63,265 nucleotides of DNA, from positions 1-63,265 of the forward strand of contig JABIWD010000062.1 of assembly GCA_018701105.1 (NCBI GenBank), read 5' to 3'. How positions within the stretch are numbered: position 1 is the first letter of the stretch; the number at the start of each line of letters is the position of its first letter. Under the pieces are notes generated by a model, which did not search any database, had not been told where the DNA came from, and worked only from the letters and a program-made list of their open reading frames with translations. Below are positions 28,351-38,246 of the stretch, piece after piece. Source of the DNA: Candidatus Uhrbacteria bacterium (GTDB taxonomy: Bacteria; Patescibacteriota; Patescibacteriia; UBA9934; UBA11717). A program made the position numbers and the translations under genes.

Positions 28351-29397
28351 TTAGAATTGCTGCAAGAATCGAACGTCGTTGCTGTACATAGTACGCAAAT
28401 CGGAGATATTTAGGCCCGCTCGCATAGAAACCGTGCGCTCTAGACCCCAACCAAAGGCAAGTCCACCGTACTTCTCAGGATCAACTCCGCCAGCCTTCAG
28501 CACGTCTGGGTGTAGCATTCCTGCTCCTCCAAGCTCTACCCATCCATCCTTACACATCCTGCAACCCTTTCCATGACAAAGCCCGCAGGAAATATCGACC
28601 TCAAATGAAGGTTCCGTGAATCTAAAGTGGTGAGGACGAAGTCGGATCTCACGATCTGCTCCAAAATATTCTTTTGCAAAGTGTTCAAATAAACCTTTCA
28701 AGTCTGTAATCGTAACACCTTCGTCAATCAGCAAACCTTCGAACTGATGAAACATCGGAACGTGACTAACATCGGACTGTCGTCGGTATGTCTTGTTGAT
28801 GTTCATCATTCGTATTGGAAGATCTCCGCGCTCCATCTCACGCACATCTCCATTGGTCGTGTGCGGTGTCAAAACCATCTTCCCCTTCTTGTCGTCCGCC
28901 GGTGCGTCTATAAAGAAAGTTTCCCAGTTGTCTCGGGCTGGATGATCCGGCCCAACACGCAACGTCTCAAAGGCGTACCACTCCCACTCAACCTCTGGAT
29001 GGCGAACGCGCGTAAATCCAAGACGAGCAAAAATACCCTCGATCTCTCGGATCGCGGTAGTCGTCATATGTAAATGTCCAACAGGTGGCGCAATGCCTGG
29101 AAGCGAAATATCGATAGCTTCCTCGGTCGCCAAATTCTCTAAGCGAGCCCTCTCAAGCTCGGTCGTCGTCAGATCAAAAGCCGACTCAATAGCCTTCTTT
29201 ACCTCGTTCGCGGCCTGACCAGCGTCCTTTCGCTCGTCGTTTGTCATGTCCTTGAGCAACCGCATTAAGTCCTGAAGACCACTTTTACGCCCTAAATACT
29301 TAACCCGAAGCACCTCGAGCTCATCATCGCCCGACACGGTAGCAAGGTCAGTATCAAACGATGCCCTTAATTTTTGTAATTCATCCTTGAAGCTCAT
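28351..29397 (-). CDS. pheS: phenylalanine--tRNA ligase alpha subunit
   Basis: 348 aa. HP.R...D.F, FRFTEPS and GAGM.HP..L motifs. Confidence 0.97.
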   Translation of the reverse strand: MSFKDELQKLRASFDTDLATVSGDDELEVLRVKYLGRKSGLQDLMRLLKDMTNDERKDAGQAANEVKKAIESAFDLTTTELERARLENLATEEAIDISLPGIAPPVGHLHMTTTAIREIEGIFARLGFTRVRHPEVEWEWYAFETLRVGPDHPARDNWETFFIDAPADDKKGKMVLTPHTTNGDVREMERGDLPIRMMNINKTYRRQSDVSHVPMFHQFEGLLIDEGVTITDLKGLFEHFAKEYFGADREIRLRPHHFRFTEPSFEVDISCGLCHGKGCRMCKDGWVELGGAGMLHPDVLKAGGVDPEKYGGLAFGWGLERTVSMRAGLNISDLRTMYSNDVRFLQQF

Positions 29398-29404
29398 ATC
29401 TACC

Positions 29405-30484
29405 TTAACCTGCTATTAAGTTCATTATGTCCTTATACGTTATCAAAACTACGAGAATCATCAATAGCGCGAACCCTAGCGCATGCGTCATACCCTCAAG
29501 CTTTGGAGTAACCGGCTTTCGTCGAATAGTCTCTAATGCAAGGAAGAATATGCGTCCTCCATCGAGCGCTGGGAAAGGAATCACGTTCAGTATAGCAAGG
29601 TTTATGCTCAATAACGCTGCAAAGTGGATCAAATACACGAATCCAAGGTCTGCGATCTCTCCAGTCAACACAGCGATTCCAACAGGACCCGCCACAGCCT
29701 CGCCGGCTCCTTTACCTGTAAAGATCCCCTTAATCAGGTCTCCAAACCCCACAACCGTTGCAGAAGTTAGAGCCACGGTAGCCTCAGCCCCCTTCCAAAC
29801 GGATACAAACGGATTATATTGAACCGTTCCAACTGTCGCCAACTGGGTTCCGATTGCAATAAGGTCGTTGTCTATCTTCTCTGGAGACACATGAATCTCG
29901 ACCGACTCTCCCTGACGATCCACCATCAACGTAGCTTCCGTACCTTCTGGGATCAACCCGATCTGTTCACGAGCCTGCTCGGCATCGATCACCGAAACGC
30001 CATCGATTATGGAAAGGTGATCACCTAGCTCAACACCTGCTCTGTCGGCCGATGAATCCGGCAACACGTAAAGCACCTCCACATGAGCGCCCTCAACATT
30101 CGCACTCGACACATCGGCACCATCCAAGATCGCAGGCATTCCCGCCATGAATCCTGCAGACAAGAGCACCCAGGCAAGAACGATGTTCATTGCAACGCCG
30201 GCTATCAGCACAAGAAAACGTTTCCACTTCGGCTTACTGGCAAAACTCCCTGGATCATCCGCCTCCTCCCCGCTCTCTCCGTGAATCTTCACAAAGCCGC
30301 CGAGCGGAATAAGATTGATCGTATACTCAGTACCTCCCTTTTTATATGCAAACAGTCGTGGAGGAAAGCCGAATCCAAACTCGTCTACCCTCATTCCGGA
30401 CCACTTAGCAACGGCAAAGTGCCCAAGCTCGTGAACAAAAACAAGAACAGATAAAACAATTAGAAAAATCAATATAGTTGTCAT
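29405..30484 (-). CDS. rseP: RIP metalloprotease RseP (M50 site-2 protease)
   Basis: HELGHF zinc motif in TM1, an internal PDZ-like segment, and C-terminal NL.PFPALDGG. Confidence 0.9.
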   Translation of the reverse strand: MTTILIFLIVLSVLVFVHELGHFAVAKWSGMRVDEFGFGFPPRLFAYKKGGTEYTINLIPLGGFVKIHGESGEEADDPGSFASKPKWKRFLVLIAGVAMNIVLAWVLLSAGFMAGMPAILDGADVSSANVEGAHVEVLYVLPDSSADRAGVELGDHLSIIDGVSVIDAEQAREQIGLIPEGTEATLMVDRQGESVEIHVSPEKIDNDLIAIGTQLATVGTVQYNPFVSVWKGAEATVALTSATVVGFGDLIKGIFTGKGAGEAVAGPVGIAVLTGEIADLGFVYLIHFAALLSINLAILNVIPFPALDGGRIFFLALETIRRKPVTPKLEGMTHALGFALLMILVVLITYKDIMNLIAG

Positions 30485-30530
30485 AAGTAAGAAGAGTATA
30501 TCAGAAAGAGAGCAAGAACCACATACTGTA

Positions 30531-30564
30531 ATTTCAATTGGGCAAATTTCAATTTATGGAAGTT
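30531..30564. repeat. GGCAAATTTCAATTT-family intergenic repeat, copy B
   Basis: ATTTCAATTGGGCAAATTTCAATTTATGGAAGTT. Its last 30 nt are the exact reverse complement of 8423-8452. Confidence 0.75.
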
Positions 30565-30581
30565 TGTTCATTTCAACAAAT

Positions 30582-30617
30582 AAACAAACCGCCCCCGACA
30601 CCAGGTGGTGCGGGGGC
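30582..30617 (-). terminator. intrinsic terminator after 30638..31036
   Basis: GCCCCCG (30591-30597) pairs with CGGGGGC (30611-30617). On the minus strand it is followed by GGTTTGTTTATTTG. Confidence 0.55.
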
Positions 30618-30637
30618 TTGAGGTTTTGCTCTGTGTG

Positions 30638-31036
30638 CTAGCACGGAGCGAGGTAGATGCGGAACTCGAACGGTTCGGACGTGTCGAACTCGCCGTGCGG
30701 GTCCAGGAAGTCTTCTATTCCCACGGAACATCCTTCGATGCTGTGGTGGAAGAAGACGTCGGACCCTCTGCTCGAGGTGTCGCTCGGCCGGATCGGGTTG
30801 GTGTCGACCGTGATCCGCTCAACGGTAGAGCATGGGACCACCTCGACGCTCGGACCGATGCCATAGGTAATCGTCACAATGCGCAAACTTGGCACATGTA
30901 CGTTTCGGAAATCGAGCCTCCCGAGCTCCGCTCCCTCCACGATGTCCTCTTCGCGAACAAGGCACCAGCGACTTCCGCCCAGAACCAGCTCACGCGAATC
31001 CAACCACAGCAAACGCCTGTCGAATTTCTTGAGCAT
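30638..31036 (-). CDS. hypothetical protein (GC-rich orphan)
   Basis: 132 aa. TTGACA-N17-TAAGTT upstream and a terminator downstream in the minus orientation. The + ORF 30605..31105 starts inside the terminator hairpin. The strand call is not certain. Confidence 0.45.
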   Translation of the reverse strand: MLKKFDRRLLWLDSRELVLGGSRWCLVREEDIVEGAELGRLDFRNVHVPSLRIVTITYGIGPSVEVVPCSTVERITVDTNPIRPSDTSSRGSDVFFHHSIEGCSVGIEDFLDPHGEFDTSEPFEFRIYLAPC

Positions 31037-31188
31037 ATCTCCCTCTCATCTCAGCCATCCACTTTGGACGACCGGCCTATGAAGACCCTGGAACTTAGCT
31101 CATAGAGAAGGCTCTGTCAAGGTTAAGTCGATTCAATCGCAATACAAAACACGCATTTTCTTATATAATGCGTGCATAAACTTCAAAT

Positions 31189-31440
31189 ATGTCTGATATA
31201 GAAAAAAGACTCAAAGCAATAGAGAAACGGAACACAAGTGTAGAGCTCGACAAAGCGTGGGAAACGAGCCTTGCTCGCAAACTGTTGATCGCCCTACTTA
31301 CTTACATTATCATCGTACTCTTCTTCAAAGCAGCTGATCTACCAAAGCCCTACGTAAACTCAATAGTTCCGACTACAGGGTTTGTACTATCGACGCTGAC
31401 GCTTAACTTATTTAAGAAAATTTGGACGAAAAGAAAATGA
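31189..31440 (+). CDS. small membrane protein, hypothetical
   Basis: 83 aa with two hydrophobic helices. Confidence 0.5.
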   Translation: MSDIEKRLKAIEKRNTSVELDKAWETSLARKLLIALLTYIIIVLFFKAADLPKPYVNSIVPTTGFVLSTLTLNLFKKIWTKRK

Positions 31441-31442
31441 GG

Positions 31443-31478
31443 ATAACCAAAAACGGACAATTGTCCGTTTTTGGTTAT
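31443..31478. terminator. perfect 36-nt palindrome, bidirectional terminator
   Basis: ATAACCAAAAACGGACAA|TTGTCCGTTTTTGGTTAT. Lies between two convergent genes and provides U-runs in both orientations. Confidence 0.75.
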
Positions 31479-31497
31479 GTGCAATAAATTACAATAG

Positions 31498-32865
31498 TTA
31501 CTCCAACTCCCCTCCGTCACTCTCGATCATCGCAATGATCTCGTCACGCTTTATCTCCATCTCCTCAGCTGTCTCAGATTCCACATTGAGCCTGAGCACC
31601 GGATCGTTTGCAGACGGACGTATGTTAAACCACCATGTATCAAACGAAACGGTATAACCATCAAGGTCGCTAACTTTCCCCCCTTTCTCTGCGTGATAAT
31701 CCCTCAGCGACTTCATCGTCGCATCTTTATCGCGCACCACATAGTTAATCTCCCCTGACTGTTCATGTGTCCTGATCTCGGAAACAAGTTCAGAAAGTTT
31801 CTTGCCCGTCTCATTCATCAACTTAACAATCAACATCGTGGACAACAACGTTGATTCCACCATAAACATCTCCGCGTAATAAAAGTGGCCTGACAACTCA
31901 CCTGCAAACAATGCACCTTCTTTGCGCATCTGTTGCTTAATGTAAGCGTGCCCCACAGGTGACATCGCGTACTCCCCGCCATTCTTCTCAACAACTCGCT
32001 TCACATCACGAGTACACCTGACATCACACAAGATCTTTGCACCCGGGTTCTTTTTCAACATCTCTAGCGCAATCATCGTCGCTACGATATCACTGGGGAC
32101 ATACTTAGCATTTTCATCAACGAACCCAACTCGGTCACCATCCGCATCGTATGCAACACCAAACGCTGCACCATTCTCCAGAACCGACTTCTGCATATCT
32201 ACCAATGTATCGAGCTTGAGAGGGTTTGCTTCGTGATTTGGAAATGAACCATCTGGTTTCCAGTACATGTCTACCGTGTTCGATCCCAGTCGTTCGAAAA
32301 ACTTTGGCAAGATAACCGGAGTCACTCCGTTGCCAGCGTCAGCGACAATCGTCATCTTCGATGCATCAATCTCACCAGTGTACGCAAAAAGCTTATCTAG
32401 AAAATCTTTCTTAATATCGCGCTCAGAGACTGAGCCTGGAGTGTCCGATAAATTAAACTCCCCAGCCTGCGCCAACTCTTTCAACTCCTCCATCCCAGAA
32501 CCTTTTCCGATAGGACTCAAATCCCCTCGTGTCATCTTAATTCCGTTCCACTCTGCAGTTGAATGAGACGCGGTAACCATTACCCCACCATCAATGTCGT
32601 CATACATTCCTACGGAGTAGTAAATCATTGGGGTTGTACACATTCCAATCTTTATAACTTCAGCCCCCATAGAAGTCACTCCCTTAATAAATCCCTCAAC
32701 TAATCCTGGAGATGTCTCGCGCATATCCCAACCAAGTGAAATGCGTTTAGCGCCCGTTAGAGCAATGTATGCGCGCCCTAGCACCTCTGCGACCTCCGGA
32801 ACTAAGTTAGTCGCGTGGTAGCCTCGAATGTCGTAGGCACGGAAGATAAAGTCATCAATTTTCAT
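31498..32865 (-). CDS. phosphoglucomutase/phosphomannomutase family protein
   Basis: 455 aa. FRAYDIRG, active-site loop TASHS..EWNGIK, DADGDR metal loop, GE.SGH. Confidence 0.9.
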   Translation of the reverse strand: MKIDDFIFRAYDIRGYHATNLVPEVAEVLGRAYIALTGAKRISLGWDMRETSPGLVEGFIKGVTSMGAEVIKIGMCTTPMIYYSVGMYDDIDGGVMVTASHSTAEWNGIKMTRGDLSPIGKGSGMEELKELAQAGEFNLSDTPGSVSERDIKKDFLDKLFAYTGEIDASKMTIVADAGNGVTPVILPKFFERLGSNTVDMYWKPDGSFPNHEANPLKLDTLVDMQKSVLENGAAFGVAYDADGDRVGFVDENAKYVPSDIVATMIALEMLKKNPGAKILCDVRCTRDVKRVVEKNGGEYAMSPVGHAYIKQQMRKEGALFAGELSGHFYYAEMFMVESTLLSTMLIVKLMNETGKKLSELVSEIRTHEQSGEINYVVRDKDATMKSLRDYHAEKGGKVSDLDGYTVSFDTWWFNIRPSANDPVLRLNVESETAEEMEIKRDEIIAMIESDGGELE

Positions 32866-32957
32866 ATCTAGTTGAATTCATAGCCTTATTGAGGTAAAAA
32901 GTATACAATTAATCCACAAGCGGCACAAAAAACCGCAGAATTCATTGAATTTCTATT

Positions 32958-33521
32958 ATGCCAATACTTATCGGATTTCTCGGCCTACTGATAGTAGTCG
33001 CCGTATTCATTCTCTTCCTATATAACTCACTCGTTGCAAAGCGCACGCACGTTAATGAAGGTTGGTCCGACATCGACGTTCAGCTAAAGCGACGATACGA
33101 TTTGATTCCAAACTTGATCGAGACAGTCAAAGGAGCCGCTTCACATGAGCGCGAGACGCTTGAGAGTGTTACCAATGCTCGAGCCAATGCAATGAACGCA
33201 GAGAAGACTGGTGACCCTAAGAAGATGGCCGCCGCAGAGAACATGTTGAGTGGAACATTGAAGACTTTGTTTGCCGTGTCAGAGAACTACCCCGCCCTTC
33301 GCGCAAACGAAAACTTTTTGAACCTACAAAATACACTTACAGATACTGAGAACAAGATTCAGGCAGCACGCCGATTCTACAACTCACTTGTACGCGACCT
33401 GAATATCGCAGTACAGAAGTTCCCAGCAGTGTTGATCGCCAACATGCTTGGATTTAAGAAGCGCGACTTCTTTGAGATCGAAAACACCGTGGAGCGAGAA
33501 AACGTAGAGGTAAAGTTCTAG
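32958..33521 (+). CDS. lemA: LemA family protein
   Basis: N-terminal TM, W..IDVQLKRR.DLIPNL, ENYP.L.A...F..LQ..L...EN.I..AR..YN. Confidence 0.92.
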   Translation: MPILIGFLGLLIVVAVFILFLYNSLVAKRTHVNEGWSDIDVQLKRRYDLIPNLIETVKGAASHERETLESVTNARANAMNAEKTGDPKKMAAAENMLSGTLKTLFAVSENYPALRANENFLNLQNTLTDTENKIQAARRFYNSLVRDLNIAVQKFPAVLIANMLGFKKRDFFEIENTVERENVEVKF

Positions 33522-33565
33522 TATAGTGTCGTACCTACGTCGGTATTAATGAATCCCAAGCCAGT

Positions 33566-33716
33566 GTCATCCTGAGCGGCAGCGTAGGGATCTCATTGTG
33601 CTAGACTTTCCAGAACCATGAGATCCTCACGTCGTACCTCCTCAGGATGACGACGGAGCCATGAGATCCTCACGTCGTACCTCCTCAGGATGACGACGGA
33701 ACCATGATATCCTCAC
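33566..33716. repeat. MITE/REP-like element, copy 2, with tandemly duplicated right arm
   Basis: Left arm 33566-33596. The right arm ATGAGATCCTCACGTCGTACCTCCTCAGGATGAC plus 9 nt forms a 43-nt unit at 33618-33660 and 33661-33703. A partial third unit lies at 33704-33716. Confidence 0.8.
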
Positions 33717-33781
33717 TTTATTATCCATCCAGGGGCATCGCTCGCGAGCGACATACTGACTGACAAAATAAACTTCAAAAA

Positions 33782-34648
33782 ATGTACAACGAAATAGCTT
33801 CCAACAAACGAAAGACCGTTGGGCTGATGATCATCTTTGTGTTGGTCGTCCTGGCTTTCGGTTTTGGTTTCGGTGCGTATTACGGTGACTACTACGCCGG
33901 ATTGGCGATAGCATCGATCGTGTCAATTGGAATGACGAGCATCAGCTTTTTCAAAAGCGACAAGATCGCGCTCGCTGCATCCGGCGCGAAGGTGATCAAG
34001 AAGAGCGATAATCCGATGCTGTGGAACACCGTCGAGAACCTGGCAATCACAGCCGGACTCCCAATGCCACGAGTCGCCATCATGAACGATCCTGCTCTAA
34101 ACGCATTTGCAACTGGACGTAACTACGATCATGCGGTCGTCGCGGTGACAACAGGATTGCTCGATAAACTGACACAAGTCGAGCTCGAAGGTGTGATCGC
34201 GCACGAGATGTCACACGTGAAAAACTACGACATCTTGCTGATGACAGTTGTAGTCGTACTCGTTGGAACCATCGCCCTACTCGCAGACATGATGCGCTTT
34301 GGATTCTACGGTGGCCGAGGTAGCAAGAAAGGTGGAAATGCTATCGCCATCATCGCTCTCGTACTCGTGATCCTCTCGCCTATCATTGGGCAGTTGATCA
34401 AACTCGCAGTGTCTAGACAACGAGAATATCTTGCCGATGCATCGGGAGCGCTACTTACACGATATCCAGAAGGACTCGCATCTGCGCTCGAGAAAATCTC
34501 GCAGGACTCGCATCAGTTCCGAAAAGCGAACCACGCGACCGCACACATGTTTATCAGCAACCCATTCAAGGGTAAGGGGATCAAGAACGCATTCTCCACT
34601 CACCCACCGGCTGAAAAACGTATCGAAAGACTAAGAAACATGATGTAA
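33782..34648 (+). CDS. htpX: zinc metalloprotease HtpX (M48)
   Basis: HEMSHV zinc motif, four TM segments, REYLADA. Forms the classic lemA-htpX pair. Confidence 0.92.
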   Translation: MYNEIASNKRKTVGLMIIFVLVVLAFGFGFGAYYGDYYAGLAIASIVSIGMTSISFFKSDKIALAASGAKVIKKSDNPMLWNTVENLAITAGLPMPRVAIMNDPALNAFATGRNYDHAVVAVTTGLLDKLTQVELEGVIAHEMSHVKNYDILLMTVVVVLVGTIALLADMMRFGFYGGRGSKKGGNAIAIIALVLVILSPIIGQLIKLAVSRQREYLADASGALLTRYPEGLASALEKISQDSHQFRKANHATAHMFISNPFKGKGIKNAFSTHPPAEKRIERLRNMM

Positions 34649-34649
34649 T

Positions 34650-37145
34650 GTGAACATGCCAGGAGATATAGTCGAAAAGTTTTCAACACACTTGAAAAAC
34701 GTGCTAACAAGCGCGTTGTGTTCTGTTGTTGAAACCGGAACGGACCAGATCACACCCGAGCATCTACTGCTGGGCATCGCCACGGAAAAAGGCTCGGTCG
34801 GCGCAGAAATCTTGCGTAAAGCCGGCTTGAAGTCTGATGTGCTCAAAGAACACATCGGAATCTCTTCGCTGACCTCAGACATCACGCTCCCCAAAGCTGA
34901 TGCGCTACCTCAACTTTCGGAACATGCAAAGCGCGTAATCGAGAAAGCCGTTCTCACTGCGACCGTCTACGAGCATCGCCACATTGGAACGGAACACCTC
35001 ATTGCAGGAATACTTCAGGTTAGCAGCAAAGAGTTGAGCGCATTTTTGAAAACATCAGACGTGAACATCGACATAATCAGAAAGCAGTTGTCGATAATCA
35101 TGAAGAGCACGCAGCAATTTCCAAACATACAAATTCATACAGTCGACAAGTCCGCCGCGCCACAGAAGCCTGAGATCGAACCGATGTCAGATATAGAGGT
35201 CGCTGATGTCGAACCTACGAGCGATCTGCAGACTCTCGAGTTCTTTGCGACCGAACTCACCTCTTCAGAGTCGTTGAAGTCTCTCGATCCGGTGATTGGC
35301 CGCGACAAAGAGATCGTACGCATGATGGAGATACTCTCGCGAAGAACAAAGAACAATCCAATACTCGTCGGTGAGCCTGGAGTAGGTAAAACCGCTATCG
35401 TAGAAGGGCTCGCGCGCAACATCATCGAAGGAAACGTGCCTGGCGCGCTTTTGAACAAAAGAATATTCTCGCTCGACCTAGGAAGCCTCATTGCAGGTAC
35501 GGTTTATCGTGGAGAGTTTGGGGGGAGGCTCAAACAAATTATCGACGAGGTAAAAGACAACAACCAGATCATCCTATTCATCGACGAGGTGCACATGATC
35601 ATAGGCGCCGGCTCAGCATCTGGTTCACTCGACGCAGCCAACATGTTGAAGCCCGCACTCGCGCGTGGTTGGATTCGGTGTATTGGCGCGACTACTCCTA
35701 GTGAGTTCAAGAAACATATCGAACCCGACGGCGCGTTAGAGAGACGCTTCCAGATGGTGGACATTGTGGAGCCTTCCGTTGCTGACACTGTCGAGATTTT
35801 GCACGGGCTCGCACCGATCTATGAGAAGTATCACTGTATTACGATCGACAAAGACGCGCTCGACTACGCAGCAGAAGCGGCTGATCGTTATATTCAGAGC
35901 GCATTCCTACCAGACAAAGCGATCGACCTCATTGACGAGGCCGCCGCTGCGATTCGTGTAAAGCACTCATCACCGGAAGATCTTGCAGCAAAGCACCTTA
36001 CGCGTGATTTGCGAGAAACACGTGCGCAGAAACGAGCGGCTATCGTAGAGGAACGGTTCATGGACGCGAGTTTGCACAAGAGCAAGGAAGCCGAGATCGA
36101 AGACGAGCTGATTACAACTGAAAACAAACAGAAAGAAACCATCATTGGAAACATCGGCATTAACGATATCGCGCGCGTGATTGAACGCAGAACCGGAATC
36201 CGTGTCGTCGATATGATGGATAATGAGCGCAAGCATCTTGCTAGGATCGAGAAAGGCCTTGGCGAGCATATCTTTGGTCAGAAGAAAGTTATCAAACAAG
36301 TCGCAACTCACGTTAAGCGAGCTAAGGTTGGAATCAACCGCCAAGCGCGCCCACTAGCGAGCTTCCTGTTTGTTGGACCAAGTGGAACCGGAAAGAGTGA
36401 GCTCGCAAAACAGCTCGCAAAGTATGTTTTCCACGACAAGAAAGCTTTAATCCGACTCGACATGAGTGAGTTCGTTGAAAGTTTCTCTATCTCGAAACTC
36501 GTTGGCTCCCCCGCTGGATACGTTGGGTATCGAGATACGGCACTACTAACCGACCAAGTAAAGCAAAAGCCACATAGCGTGGTGCTCTTTGACGAGATCG
36601 AGAAAGCACATCCAGATGTACACAACTTGCTACTCCAGATTTTAGAACATGGTGAGCTTAAGGATGCTACTGGACGCACAATATCGTTCAAGAACACTAT
36701 TGTTATCCTAACGTCTAACATTGGAGCAGAGAAATTCCTGAACGGCTCCATCGGATTCACGCAAGACGGCGAGATTAGCCAGTCCGATGTCGAGAAAACT
36801 TTGCGAGATCAGATGCGACCGGAGCTCATAAACCGCATTGATCAGATCTGCGCCTTCAAACCGCTCGTAGCCAAAGACCTCGTGTCAGTTGCAAAACGCG
36901 AGCTCGCGATCCTGAAAAATAGCATGGAGGTCGACAACAAAGAGCTGGACTGGGCACCTGAAGTGCACGATCACATTGTAGCCTTCAGCCAATCGGACAT
37001 CGCAGGAGCCAGAAACATACGGCAAAAGGTTAACGAGTTGATTGCAAGTTTGATTGCAGACCAGCTTCTCAAACAACCAAAGCACGATTCCTTCTACATT
37101 TCTATCAACAAGGACAAGATCGACCTTGAAGCGAAAACACGGTAA
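34650..37145 (+). CDS. clpC: Clp/Hsp100 ATPase, ClpC-like
   Basis: 831 aa. Two Clp_N repeats ([10 protein letters not shown] / [10 protein letters not shown]), two AAA+ modules ([16 protein letters not shown]), no long ClpB-type middle domain. Confidence 0.85.
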   Translation: MNMPGDIVEKFSTHLKNVLTSALCSVVETGTDQITPEHLLLGIATEKGSVGAEILRKAGLKSDVLKEHIGISSLTSDITLPKADALPQLSEHAKRVIEKAVLTATVYEHRHIGTEHLIAGILQVSSKELSAFLKTSDVNIDIIRKQLSIIMKSTQQFPNIQIHTVDKSAAPQKPEIEPMSDIEVADVEPTSDLQTLEFFATELTSSESLKSLDPVIGRDKEIVRMMEILSRRTKNNPILVGEPGVGKTAIVEGLARNIIEGNVPGALLNKRIFSLDLGSLIAGTVYRGEFGGRLKQIIDEVKDNNQIILFIDEVHMIIGAGSASGSLDAANMLKPALARGWIRCIGATTPSEFKKHIEPDGALERRFQMVDIVEPSVADTVEILHGLAPIYEKYHCITIDKDALDYAAEAADRYIQSAFLPDKAIDLIDEAAAAIRVKHSSPEDLAAKHLTRDLRETRAQKRAAIVEERFMDASLHKSKEAEIEDELITTENKQKETIIGNIGINDIARVIERRTGIRVVDMMDNERKHLARIEKGLGEHIFGQKKVIKQVATHVKRAKVGINRQARPLASFLFVGPSGTGKSELAKQLAKYVFHDKKALIRLDMSEFVESFSISKLVGSPAGYVGYRDTALLTDQVKQKPHSVVLFDEIEKAHPDVHNLLLQILEHGELKDATGRTISFKNTIVILTSNIGAEKFLNGSIGFTQDGEISQSDVEKTLRDQMRPELINRIDQICAFKPLVAKDLVSVAKRELAILKNSMEVDNKELDWAPEVHDHIVAFSQSDIAGARNIRQKVNELIASLIADQLLKQPKHDSFYISINKDKIDLEAKTR

Positions 37146-37172
37146 AATACACATGATTTACCGTGTTTTTTT
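37135..37172 (+). terminator. hairpin plus U-run spanning the clpC stop codon
   Basis: AAACACGGTAAA (37135-37146) pairs with TTTACCGTGTTT (57-68 of the 371xx block), then TTTT. The next ATG (37173) follows directly. Confidence 0.5.
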
Positions 37173-38132
37173 ATGGCGGAACCAGATAAAAAGTTTGATC
37201 CCCAAGCCAAAGCCGGTCAGTTCAACACCAATAGAATCGCAGATGCGGTTCGTAAACGAGCGGGACGAGCGATCGAGTCCAAGATACAGACAGGGAGAGA
37301 AAAAGTTCAAGGACTTGGACAGCAGGCAGAGTCTCGTCTACGGGAGTTCGCGGGTGGCGGAGATCAAGAAGAATCAGAAGATGGTGAATCACCTTCAGAA
37401 CGAGGTGATTATTCTGCTAGGCTAAAGAGTCTGCGCCAAGGAAATTATCGTGATGCTAGTCCTGAATACGCAAAACTAAGGGGTGGCTTAGACACTTTCG
37501 AAAGAGAGAATCCAGAGTTTTCAAAATACGCCCGCAAGAAAATTCTACAGGCTCAAGAAGACGGTGATCTAAGAAAGACCGCCGAAGGCATAGGAGAAGA
37601 TGCTGAAGCTCTGAAAGCTGTAATTGAAGGTAAGTCCTTACTTGGAAAAACTAAGCTTTACTTAAAAGCCTTCGAGTACGGCTGGAAAGTTGCTGCGAAG
37701 CTAGACAAAAATATAAAAAAAGGAGGTCAAGCGTGGTGGATACTAGTGGTTGTAGTAGCGGTATTCAAGGACGTGTTCGACATGTTGATAACGTTTTTAA
37801 GCATACCGCCGCTACCAACTGCCCTGTTTGGTCCAACGACGGATACCGTGATCTCGATACTGTTCTTCGCATTCTTTTTAAGATTCCTCTGGGGAAAAGG
37901 CACCTTTATTTTCAGAATGATCCTGAAACGAATTGGACCGTCTTTCTTGATCGAAGCAATACCGGGAATGGCTTTTATTCCATTCTTCACCATCACTATC
38001 ATATATGCTTGGTGGAAAACCAATAAAATCCAAAAACAGTTACGCTCGGCTCGTGCCAAGCTTGGAAAGGAACTGAATGAGCTTGAAGAAAACAAACCAA
38101 AGATGATAGGCAAGAAAATGTCTAGATACTAG
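37173..38132 (+). CDS. hypothetical membrane protein
   Basis: 319 aa. The N-terminal half is charged and soluble. The C-terminal half has 3-4 TM helices. Confidence 0.6.
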   Translation: MAEPDKKFDPQAKAGQFNTNRIADAVRKRAGRAIESKIQTGREKVQGLGQQAESRLREFAGGGDQEESEDGESPSERGDYSARLKSLRQGNYRDASPEYAKLRGGLDTFERENPEFSKYARKKILQAQEDGDLRKTAEGIGEDAEALKAVIEGKSLLGKTKLYLKAFEYGWKVAAKLDKNIKKGGQAWWILVVVVAVFKDVFDMLITFLSIPPLPTALFGPTTDTVISILFFAFFLRFLWGKGTFIFRMILKRIGPSFLIEAIPGMAFIPFFTITIIYAWWKTNKIQKQLRSARAKLGKELNELEENKPKMIGKKMSRY

Positions 38133-38246
38133 CGTTGCGTGAATAGCGTCTCGATAGCGCCGTAAACTGTGATATTATTGATGTAATAAACAGAACATGA
38201 GCATATAAGCTGCTCGTATATTTGATAGTCGCAAAAACAAACACAT

